DNA from: Candidatus Curtissbacteria bacterium RIFCSPLOWO2_02_41_11
GTDB taxonomy: Bacteria > Patescibacteriota > Microgenomatia > Curtissbacterales > GWA2-41-24
Reading direction: 5' to 3'
DNA: 64,000 nucleotides
Assembly: GCA_001775055.1 (NCBI GenBank)
Contig: MFBU01000014.1
Span: 120,535 to 184,534 of the forward strand
The position numbers and the translations under genes were made by a program. The notes under the pieces were generated by a model. It worked only from the letters and a program-made list of their open reading frames with translations. It was not told the DNA's origin and ran no database searches. Shown here piece by piece: positions 47,779 through 55,910 of this stretch (its first letter is position 1; each line of letters starts with the position of its first letter).

Positions 47779-48944
47779 AACTTTACAATTCCTACTCTGA
47801 AAAAAAAGAAACTCTTGACCTTTCACATCCAATCGGCCTTTATGTTTGTGGAATTACTCCTTATGACACAACACACTTAGGTCACGCTTTCACTTTTTTG
47901 GTCTATGATGTCTTGGTCAGATATTTAAGATTTTTGGGAAACAAAGTCACCTATGTCCAAAATGTTACAGACATTGATGATGACATTTTAATTAAGGCCA
48001 AATCCCTTGGTACAACTTGGCAAGCATTAATCCAAGCCGAGACGAAAAAACATTTCAAAAACATGGCTGGTCTTAACGCTCTAGCCCCGGACATTATCCC
48101 TTACGCCACAGGTCATATTAAAGAAATGATTAGTATTATCAAGGTTTTAATCGCCAGAGGTTTAGCCTATGAAAAAAATGGCTCTGTATATTTTAAAATT
48201 AGAAGCGACAAGAATTTTGGCAAACTTTCCAAACTCGGCTATCGGGCAATGCTTCAAATTGCCAATGACCGCGGCAATTTTCCACTTGATCCCAACAAGC
48301 GCGACCCTTTGGATTTTGTCCTTTGGCAAAAACACAAAGACGGTGAGCCCTCTTGGGATTCACCATGGGGCAGGGGCCGACCCGGTTGGCATGTTGAATG
48401 CTCGGCAATGGCTATGAAATATTTAGGTCCAACAATCACTATTCATGGTGGGGGAGAGGATTTAATTTTTCCTCATCATGAGGCCGAAATTGCTCAAAGT
48501 GAAAACTACACAAAGCAGAAATTCGTCAAAATTTGGATGCACACCGGCATGGTTTATTGTGACCAAAAGAAAATGAGCAAAAGCCTCGGCAACATGGTCT
48601 TTGTCTGCGATCTTTTAAAAATTTACTCTGCCAACACCTTAAGACTCTATCTTCTTTCTCACCACTGGCGCCAATCTTGGAATTATAATGAAAAAAAGCT
48701 AGAAGAATCGCAGAAGACAGCCAAAATTTTAGAAAAATCAGCCACCAAATCAAGTATGGATGATCGAGAAGTTCAAAAAAATCTACCGGTCTTTTTTACA
48801 GCTCTTGATGATGATTTAAATATTCCCCAAGCTATCGAGGTTTTGGTCAGTTTTGCCAAAAGCAAAAACCTGCCTGCCGGCAGGCAGGGGCAGGCAGGGG
48901 AGTTAATTACCAAATGCGGCCAAATTCTCGGGTTAAAATTTTAG
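47775..48944 (+). CDS. CysRS paralog, MshC-like cysteine ligase
   Basis: YVCGITPYDTTHLGH, YVQNVTD, DRGNFP, GRPGWHVEC, FPHHE, KMSKS; only 389 aa with no anticodon-binding domain. Confidence 0.75.
   Translation: MKLYNSYSEKKETLDLSHPIGLYVCGITPYDTTHLGHAFTFLVYDVLVRYLRFLGNKVTYVQNVTDIDDDILIKAKSLGTTWQALIQAETKKHFKNMAGLNALAPDIIPYATGHIKEMISIIKVLIARGLAYEKNGSVYFKIRSDKNFGKLSKLGYRAMLQIANDRGNFPLDPNKRDPLDFVLWQKHKDGEPSWDSPWGRGRPGWHVECSAMAMKYLGPTITIHGGGEDLIFPHHEAEIAQSENYTKQKFVKIWMHTGMVYCDQKKMSKSLGNMVFVCDLLKIYSANTLRLYLLSHHWRQSWNYNEKKLEESQKTAKILEKSATKSSMDDREVQKNLPVFFTALDDDLNIPQAIEVLVSFAKSKNLPAGRQGQAGELITKCGQILGLKF
48869..48900. repeat. Same 20-bp palindrome plus partial tandem copy inside the MshC-like gene
   Basis: CCTGCCTGCCGGCAGGCAGG-GG-CAGGCAGGGG; encodes LPAGRQGQAG. 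Confidence 0.95.
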
Positions 48945-48963
48945 AGATTGATACCCAAATTTA

Positions 48964-49941
48964 ATGGCAAAAATATTAAGCCTAAAAACAAAAACAAACT
49001 TGGCAGTTACGCCGTTTCCGCCGTTTAATTTTGATACTACTGTTTTTAAACCTTCTCACTATCCAGATTCACTCAAGATATATCAAACAGGAAAGTACTG
49101 GTTCGCTATGAGATATAACAACAGGGTCTATGGAATCAAGATGAAAAACGAGGGGACTGTGGATAATCCAAAAATTATGATTACTATTTTTTCTGAATCT
49201 AAACTCGCAAAAACAGAAGTTGAAAGAGTAATTGACGAACTTAAATTTAGATTTGAATTTAGCCGCAATATTTCAGAGTTTTATAAAAAGTTCAAAAATG
49301 ACAAAATTCTCGTGCCATTTATTAAAAGATGTTATGGAATGCATGGGAGTTGTGCCCAAAGTTTATACGGACTTTTGATGATAGGGATTCTTCTACAAAA
49401 TACAGTAATTAGAAGAAGTGTTCAAATGACAAAAGACATGCTTTTAAAGTATGGAGTCAAAGTTAAGTTTGATAGTAAAGAAGTTTATGAATTTTGGGAA
49501 CCCAGAGACTTAAAAAATGTGCGGGAAGAAGATTTAAGAAAACTAAAAGTCGGGTATAGAGCAAAATTATTTATCAAACTTTCTAAAACGTTTGTTGAAG
49601 AAAAGATTGACGAATTTGAACTTAGACAATTATCTGTTGGGGATGCAAAGGAAAGACTCTTGAGACTGTATGGTGTTGGTCCGGAGACTGTTCGTATTTT
49701 ACTAGTAGAAGCTTTGCATCATTATGAAATTTTTGATCATGTTGCGCCTTGGCAACAAAAAATTCTATCAAGATTACTTTTTAATAAACAATTGGTTCCA
49801 ACCGAAAAAATAATCAAGTACGTTAAAACTCGTTGGGGAAAATGGTCAGCCCTTGCGATACTTTACATTTGGGAAGATATTTTCTGGCAAAGAAAAGAAG
49901 GGAAAAGGATCAATTGGCTCGAGAAAGAAATTAGATTATGA
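48964..49941 (+). CDS. HhH-GPD superfamily DNA glycosylase (AlkA/Ogg-like)
   Basis: ILLQN, LRKLKVGYRAK, and the HhH motif LLRLYGVGPET. Confidence 0.78.
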   Translation: MAKILSLKTKTNLAVTPFPPFNFDTTVFKPSHYPDSLKIYQTGKYWFAMRYNNRVYGIKMKNEGTVDNPKIMITIFSESKLAKTEVERVIDELKFRFEFSRNISEFYKKFKNDKILVPFIKRCYGMHGSCAQSLYGLLMIGILLQNTVIRRSVQMTKDMLLKYGVKVKFDSKEVYEFWEPRDLKNVREEDLRKLKVGYRAKLFIKLSKTFVEEKIDEFELRQLSVGDAKERLLRLYGVGPETVRILLVEALHHYEIFDHVAPWQQKILSRLLFNKQLVPTEKIIKYVKTRWGKWSALAILYIWEDIFWQRKEGKRINWLEKEIRL

Positions 49942-49952
49942 ATCTTGTTGGA

Positions 49953-50093
49953 CTATTTTTCCCTGAGGTGTTTGAAAAACTCTACCTGCTTTAATCTCTT
50001 TTTGGCCTCTTCTTTGGTATGATATGGCCCGCCAAGATTGCGGCCCGTCTTTTCCGAAAGCACGAAGTAACCTTCTTTACGTTTGACTATCAT
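49953..50093 (-). CDS. 46-aa basic protein (not in the ORF track)
   Basis: MIVKRKEGYFVLSEKTGRNLGGPYHTKEEAKKRLKQVEFFKHLREK; TATAAT 7 nt upstream of the ATG. Confidence 0.7.
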   Translation of the reverse strand: MIVKRKEGYFVLSEKTGRNLGGPYHTKEEAKKRLKQVEFFKHLREK

Positions 50094-50146
50094 TGGCGAA
50101 ATTATACTACAGTAGATTAGTGAATTTGGTAAAATATGTAATGTTT

Positions 50147-50217
50147 TGCCGGATCGTCTAATGGTAGGACCGCAGACTCTGGATCTGCGTATCTAGGTTC
50201 GAATCCTAGCCTGGCAG
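50147..50217 (+). tRNA. tRNA-Gln (CTG)
   Basis: Cloverleaf: acceptor TGCCGGA/CCTGGCA, D-loop TAATGGTA, anticodon stem GCAGA/TCTGC with loop CTCTGGA, T arm CTAGG-TTCGAAT-CCTAG; CCA not encoded. Confidence 0.95.
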
Positions 50218-50362
50218 CTGTGGCGATAAGAAAATTTGGCGGGCTTGACTCGCCATAGGCGGGTTGAATGGGACGACGGATTTCCCGCCAATGGCGGGAT
50301 AAACTGGCTTGCCACGTAATTGCGTGGATCCGTTTATCTAGCTTGTCCCGCTCTAAAGCGGG

Positions 50363-50386
50363 GGTTCGAGTCCTAGTCCGGCAGCT
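50363..50386 (+). repeat. Duplicated tRNA-Gln 3' end (att-like)
   Basis: GGTTCGAGTCCTAGTCCGGCAGCT vs 50196-50219 GGTTCGAATCCTAGCCTGGCAGCT (21/24 identical). Confidence 0.85.
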
Positions 50387-50485
50387 AAATTTTGGCCACT
50401 TTGTTAGCCTCAAAAATTATCAAAAATAGACAATTTTTGGGATAACCTGGCTTGGATTCGAACTTTGGAATTGTATAATTTAATT

Positions 50486-51076
50486 ATGAGTAGTCCGTTT
50501 CCAAACACGCTTTTCCATGCAATTTCTCAATCAAGATTACGAGAGGCGGTAACTAAGCCTACATTGCCTGGTCATTCAAAATTCCACTATGACCCAGAAG
50601 GCAAGATCCCCGGGATTTGGCTAGCAGATGAACTTAAATTTGTAGCATCAGATAATCCTTATGGGAAGGAAGAAACAGGTGAGATACTGGACATCTGGGA
50701 CAAAGATTTTATGCGGGAGGTTACGGGTCGAGATGATGCTGAGGCTTTAGTAATCAAACGCCAAAGGCCCGCAATTGTTCTTCAAGTCGAGGGGTTAGAT
50801 GAGGGCGACTTACTGCAACACCCTTTGTTGCACAATCATTTTTTTTACACAGGAGATATCCCGTGGGAAAAAGTTAAAAAATTTTTAGTTCCCATAAAAG
50901 ATAAGGAAGCTGAAGATACCGCTAGAGAGCTTGCAGAAACCCTCAATAGAAATGCAAGGCGTACTGTCGATGTTGAGACTTATGACCAAATGGCTTTTGA
51001 ACCAACATTCGAGATGAAGAAGGAATTACGAAATGAACTTAATCTTGGAGAAACCGGTAAAGGTAAATTAACATAA
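50486..51076 (+). CDS. Hypothetical protein
   Basis: 196 aa ORF; TATAAT 6 nt upstream of ATG 50486. Confidence 0.65.
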   Translation: MSSPFPNTLFHAISQSRLREAVTKPTLPGHSKFHYDPEGKIPGIWLADELKFVASDNPYGKEETGEILDIWDKDFMREVTGRDDAEALVIKRQRPAIVLQVEGLDEGDLLQHPLLHNHFFYTGDIPWEKVKKFLVPIKDKEAEDTARELAETLNRNARRTVDVETYDQMAFEPTFEMKKELRNELNLGETGKGKLT

Positions 51077-51187
51077 GTATTGAATCTGAATGTCTATTTT
51101 AGTTTTGCAGAAACTGCACTGACTTCTGATAAACTAATTCGGGGTATTTGATCATTTCTACCCAATTTGCTGTTCGGAAATCATCAA

Positions 51188-51385
51188 CTACCCCAGCTCG
51201 TTTGTTTCTTTCGCCGTTAGAGAAGAATCAATCTTTCTCTTTATTCCTTTAGACTGTTTACCAATAAAATTTACAGGGCCATAAAAATGGACTTCAGTTT
51301 TGTTAAATGAATTAGTAGCTTCGGGGTGAAGTAAATCAGTTATTTTTGTCTTAAAGCTTGCTAAACCTTCAAGGATTTGTTTCAT
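51188..51385 (-). CDS. Small hypothetical protein
   Basis: 65 aa; ATGA overlap with the upstream gene. Confidence 0.45.
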   Translation of the reverse strand: MKQILEGLASFKTKITDLLHPEATNSFNKTEVHFYGPVNFIGKQSKGIKRKIDSSLTAKETNELG

Positions 51386-51750
51386 TTTTTACCTAGTTCA
51401 ATAATAAAAACCTCTCCGATATCGGGTATGGTTTGTTTTTCCCAGTCATATCTTCCGGAATAAGTTTTCAAGTCTAGCCTGTTCGCTTTAAAGAAGGATT
51501 TGCCTGAAACAGTCGCCCCTGTTGTATCTCGGGTTATTTTAAGAATTCCGTTTTCTCGAACATTAATGAATTTAAATGCAATTGCTTCATTGCCGCTATC
51601 GTAAAATAACACGCAATATTTAAAGTTTGTAACGTTTGTTGATCTACAAAATCCAGAAGAAAGTCTTATGAGTCCGGATTTATTTATCCCAATTTTTGTA
51701 TCTCCTCTGGAATATACACCGTCGAACTTCTTGAATGAATAAGTTTTCAT
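51382..51750 (-). CDS. Hypothetical protein
   Basis: 122 aa; TACAAT 6 nt upstream of the ATG. Confidence 0.65.
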   Translation of the reverse strand: MKTYSFKKFDGVYSRGDTKIGINKSGLIRLSSGFCRSTNVTNFKYCVLFYDSGNEAIAFKFINVRENGILKITRDTTGATVSGKSFFKANRLDLKTYSGRYDWEKQTIPDIGEVFIIELGKK

Positions 51751-51879
51751 ACTCGTATTGTAATACTAATTGTAATTCAAATCAAGTATCATGTATGACG
51801 TGTACAATGATCTAGAATACCTTGTCGGACCAGTTACCTTTGGGGTGATACAGTATGGAAATTAAGTTATAATGGCCGT

Positions 51880-52058
51880 AAGGGGTTCTGACCGTAGTAC
51901 TCAATTTTTCAGGACTATAACCCTAGGCACCGCGTCCGGGACTATATGATCGAAGGGGTCTACACCTGTACGCTCAGTTCTGACGAGCACCCCTAGGAGA
52001 CCGTCATCGCTAGAATAGCCTAATGGGACTTGCTAAAAGCCTCGTTAGGCTTTCTTTT
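51880..52058 (+). ncRNA. Candidate structured small RNA
   Basis: TATAAT at 51868-51873; GC-richer, stem-forming sequence; ends in hairpin 52017-52051 plus TTTCTTTT. Confidence 0.4.
52017..52058 (+). terminator. Intrinsic terminator
   Basis: AGCCTAATGGG pairs with CTCGTTAGGCT, followed by a T-rich tract. Confidence 0.65.
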
Positions 52059-52132
52059 AATTCGAACCGACTATATAAAGCTAAGGGTAACCATAGAGAT
52101 CGGGGAACTCTGTTGTAAGTTATAATTCTTCC

Positions 52133-53005
52133 ATGAATGATTTGTTAACAGAACTAGGTCAGTTAATTAATAAAAAAAACTTGTCTCGTGGAGCAAAGAA
52201 AAGACTAAGAGTAGATTTAAATGCGATAAGTTTGCGTCTGGTTAAATTTGAATACGAAACTAGTGGAATAGTTGAGAATACTTTTGACGTCCCGGAAACA
52301 TTTAGACGAATGTACAAGCATCTCGATACTTATTCGAAGATTGCTAAAACATGGAGTTCTATATTATCTAATCTTCCTATAGATAAACAGACAAACATTT
52401 TAGATCTTTGTCCCGGCTACGCACCAAAAATTGAGTTAGCTTTATTTTATCTCGGATATAGAGGAACCGTTACCATAATTGATGAGGATAATACTTCAAT
52501 GAAGCAACTTGTCAAATTTATGGCACTATTTAACCCCCAATTCAAAATTGTAACCATGAAACGAGATTTATTTTCTCCTCTCAAAGAAAAATTTCATCTT
52601 GCCGTTGGCAACCATATAATTGATGATCTCATATTACATTACTTTGCTAAGAAGGCTGGAATTAATACTAATGAGTTCTATGAAAACGAGCAGGCTCTTG
52701 TCGACTTTTGGAAAAGGGTTCTTTTAAATAAAAACGAAAACCAAAAAGAAATTACTCAAAAAATATCCGACATATTTAAAACAATTATTGCAAACGGAGG
52801 TTATTTATGCTTGTCGCAATACAAGAGTTATATGGATAAAATGCTAGACTTAGAGAAGGAATTTTTATTCTCGAGAGCAGTTTTTACAAAAATAATCAAA
52901 AATTTAATGAGAAGCGAATTTATCAATTTAAACGTTAAAAATTACGAAGCGAAAAATCAATATTTTTCTGCTCATGATGTTGTAATTTTAAAAAAAACAA
53001 AATGA
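52133..53005 (+). CDS. Class I SAM-dependent methyltransferase-like protein
   Basis: ILDLCPG motif I, VTIIDE motif II, DLF...FHLAVGNH. Confidence 0.6.
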   Translation: MNDLLTELGQLINKKNLSRGAKKRLRVDLNAISLRLVKFEYETSGIVENTFDVPETFRRMYKHLDTYSKIAKTWSSILSNLPIDKQTNILDLCPGYAPKIELALFYLGYRGTVTIIDEDNTSMKQLVKFMALFNPQFKIVTMKRDLFSPLKEKFHLAVGNHIIDDLILHYFAKKAGINTNEFYENEQALVDFWKRVLLNKNENQKEITQKISDIFKTIIANGGYLCLSQYKSYMDKMLDLEKEFLFSRAVFTKIIKNLMRSEFINLNVKNYEAKNQYFSAHDVVILKKTK

Positions 53006-54150
53006 TGGAAACACGAAGTATTCAGTCTCGAGATCTAGTCGATTTACGTGTAAAGCTTACCAACCTTGCTCGGAATATTAGAAGAACAACAATACCGGAT
53101 GACGTCGAGCTAATTTACCCACAATCATCAAGAGATGATACAGTTTTTTTTAAAGGATCAGTATTAAAGAGAAAAAGAATCGTTCTACTTGCCCCTGCAT
53201 GTGTTACTGCAACATGCACTATGTGCCCTTTACCAAACGAGGCTCTTGATCGAAAAACCAGGCCCATTTCGCCCGAGCAAATCATTCAACAGTTCGAATC
53301 ATCTTTTGAGGGAGAAAGGTCTCTCGATGACTACGAGCTAATAACTGTTTACAATAATGGAAATTTCTTTGCCGATTTAGAACTAGACCGGGCAGTTCGA
53401 AAGCACATTTACAAAAGAGTGGGCGAGAGCAAAGCATCAATACTTGTTGTGGAGTCACTGCCGCAATTCATTACGCCAGAAAAGGTTGAAGAAGCAAAAG
53501 AGCTTCTAGGGCAAAAAGAACTTGCGGTGGCTATCGGTTTACAGTCATCCAACGATTTAGTTCGAGAACTTGCTGTAAACTCAACATGCACAAAAGCTGC
53601 TTTCGAAAGAGCTGTGCGGTTGTTGGGGGAGAATGGATATAAACCGCTCACATTTCTTATGATCAAACCCCCATTTTTGACTGAAAAGGAGGGAATCGAG
53701 GATGCTGTAGGCTCCATAAAATATCTAGCAAGTTTGGGTATTGATGACCCTATATTATGCGCAACTCGAGTGGCACCGAACACTGTAGCAATGCTCCTTC
53801 GTGAGAAAGGGCTTTTTAATCCGCCATGGATTTGGTCAGTTGTTGAGGTTCTAAAAAAGAGTTCAACTGTTAGTCCTAGCAGTAGACCTCGAGTAGTGTT
53901 ATCAGAATTGAAGCCAGAAATTAACTTAGATTCCGCATGTCCTCAAAATTGCGATTTATGCAGTACTCGAATTATAGATTTGATAGATTCCTACAATAAA
54001 ACCGGTGACGTAAAAGTTTTTAGAGATGCAGATTGTGATTGTAGGGAAACTTATAAAGCGTATGTTGATTCTGTAGAAAAAGACATGGGGCGAGTTTCCC
54101 TTTTGGAGAGAGTCAGAGATTTTTTGGATGGTATATTAATAGAAAGTTGA
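53002..54150 (+). CDS. Radical SAM protein, TIGR01210/RaSEA-like
   Basis: CVTATCTMC cluster motif, YNNGNF, VESLPQF, IGLQSSND, IKPPFLTE.E.IED, PPWIWSV.EV, C-terminal NC..C and C.C. Confidence 0.78.
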   Translation: MMETRSIQSRDLVDLRVKLTNLARNIRRTTIPDDVELIYPQSSRDDTVFFKGSVLKRKRIVLLAPACVTATCTMCPLPNEALDRKTRPISPEQIIQQFESSFEGERSLDDYELITVYNNGNFFADLELDRAVRKHIYKRVGESKASILVVESLPQFITPEKVEEAKELLGQKELAVAIGLQSSNDLVRELAVNSTCTKAAFERAVRLLGENGYKPLTFLMIKPPFLTEKEGIEDAVGSIKYLASLGIDDPILCATRVAPNTVAMLLREKGLFNPPWIWSVVEVLKKSSTVSPSSRPRVVLSELKPEINLDSACPQNCDLCSTRIIDLIDSYNKTGDVKVFRDADCDCRETYKAYVDSVEKDMGRVSLLERVRDFLDGILIES

Positions 54151-55910
54151 TTGAGATGCCAAAGACATATATCAACCATTGAAGACTTTTCACTGAAACC
54201 TATATATTTCATAAAATTTTTGAAGTAAGGATAAGTTTGCGATAATAATACGGGCTTTTCTAAGCTCTTATAAAATCCCACATTGAGTCTCCATAATTTG
54301 ATTGAAAATTCCAACTCTTCCGTAGGAGGTATCATTGCTCTACTGCGAAGTGAAACATAAGGCAGTAGATAAGGAACTCGGCAAATTTCACCGTCTGGTA
54401 AAGTTACCACTAGCCCAGAATCTTTTGAACCAATAATAAAGTCTCTTAAATCTACTACATCGATCAAATTGAAACTTTTTCCTGGTACGTACTTGCCCGT
54501 CTTTAAATCTTCGTGTAATAGCTTCAAGGTACTTTCTATCTTTATTCTCCGGGGTAATAGCGATAAAACCTTTCCTCCTGTATACCCGGTCGCAACATCA
54601 TCATCCACCAAAACATATGTTCCACTTGGGATATCTGAAATTTGCTTATCAACTAAGGGGTATCCAAGTCTACCAATTACAGCTCTTGGTTCTAGCTGTC
54701 CGTCACAGATATCAAAAAGCCTGGATACATATAATCTGTACCCACCATTTGTACAAACATCCATGTTTATTACTTTTTTAGATTTGTTGAGTACGTTGAT
54801 AAAATTTTGTTGTGATTTTAGATTTACGACAACTATTGAGTCTTTCGAAAAAATGGCTTGCAAATAGTAGACGAAATCATTCAAAAAACCTCTTTTTGCT
54901 TCTAGAACTTTTTGTTCACCATGGGATTTTGATAGTTTTTCAAGGGCCCAAAGGCCATCATTTCTTACAGCGTAAATTTTTTTTAAGGAGTCGTCACTTT
55001 TATAGAAGTTTTGGAAACTTATTTTTTTTCTCAATTCGCTTGAGGAAATACTTGGCTTCGTCCTAGATTGAGATGTAAAAATAATGTTTTTGGGTTTTGC
55101 TATTGGAACTTCGCGTGCAACATCCTCAAGTTTACTTTCGTAGCCCTCTCTTTTTACACAAACGCAACTGCCTTTATCTATAAATGCTCTCGAAAAAACA
55201 GCATTATCACTACCGAAAACATAAACAACTTCAATTTTTAGTCCCAAATGAAATTGAAGATAACCCTCTAGTCTTAATATTGCATCGGTATAAGTTATCG
55301 GCACCTTGTTATATCGCGCTTCCCATGTGTCAATCATCAACCAATCGCTGTCACGGATTGCTTTCTCGCAAAGATCTATTCGCGAAGACGAATCAAGGTT
55401 TAATGAATCTGTGTATTTATTCCATACATATTCATCATGTGATGGTGATATATAACCGCCAACAACGGTTTTATTTAATTTCTCAACCTCTAATTTTGCG
55501 AGTTTCATCATTTCGATATGCCCCGTGTGAACGGGCGAGAATCCACCGGTAGAAAACAAGACAACTGGGTGAAAACGCTTGTCTTTTTTATGCCGCTGCA
55601 AATTATCCGAAATTTTCTGAAAAGGGGTGCATAACCAATTATGGAAATCTAATTTAGTAAGCGATCCTGGTTCAAGTCCATCATCAAAAAATCCCGCTTC
55701 AATTACCGATTTTATGCTTTTATAAGCAAAATAAGTTTTTGAAAGAAATGGGTCTCGTAATATTTTCCACGCAAGCCTGAGATCGTTTATTTCGTACTTA
55801 TTTTCTTTTTTTAACCTTAGATAAGCAAGATCCAATTTAGAAGCAACATCAGTTCTTTTTACCCCAAACAACTTCCAGAGGTCTTCATTATTTTTTATTT
55901 TTAAATACAT
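54051..55910 (-). CDS. Fusion protein: J-domain-like N-terminus, NMN/NaMN adenylyltransferase-like (HIGH) domain, PRTase-like domain
   Basis: GGFSPVHTGH, GGYISPSHD.YV, WE, YVFGSDN, SISSS.LR; later VLVDDDVATGYT; ATG at 55910 coupled to the nadE stop. Confidence 0.7.
   Translation of the reverse strand: MYLKIKNNEDLWKLFGVKRTDVASKLDLAYLRLKKENKYEINDLRLAWKILRDPFLSKTYFAYKSIKSVIEAGFFDDGLEPGSLTKLDFHNWLCTPFQKISDNLQRHKKDKRFHPVVLFSTGGFSPVHTGHIEMMKLAKLEVEKLNKTVVGGYISPSHDEYVWNKYTDSLNLDSSSRIDLCEKAIRDSDWLMIDTWEARYNKVPITYTDAILRLEGYLQFHLGLKIEVVYVFGSDNAVFSRAFIDKGSCVCVKREGYESKLEDVAREVPIAKPKNIIFTSQSRTKPSISSSELRKKISFQNFYKSDDSLKKIYAVRNDGLWALEKLSKSHGEQKVLEAKRGFLNDFVYYLQAIFSKDSIVVVNLKSQQNFINVLNKSKKVINMDVCTNGGYRLYVSRLFDICDGQLEPRAVIGRLGYPLVDKQISDIPSGTYVLVDDDVATGYTGGKVLSLLPRRIKIESTLKLLHEDLKTGKYVPGKSFNLIDVVDLRDFIIGSKDSGLVVTLPDGEICRVPYLLPYVSLRSRAMIPPTEELEFSIKLWRLNVGFYKSLEKPVLLSQTYPYFKNFMKYIGFSEKSSMVDICLWHLNQLSINIPSKKSLTLSKRETRPMSFSTESTYAL

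Noticed and set aside
50117-50413. 98-aa minus-strand ORF
   Set aside because: Antisense shadow of tRNA-Gln and its structured insert.
51872-51949. 25-codon ORF MAVRGSDRST... as a RiPP precursor for the radical SAM enzyme
   Set aside because: The ATG overlaps the -10 box, there is no RBS, and the enzyme is not SPASM-type.
51980-51990. CTGACGA as a hammerhead ribozyme core
   Set aside because: No correctly placed GAAA or three-way junction found.
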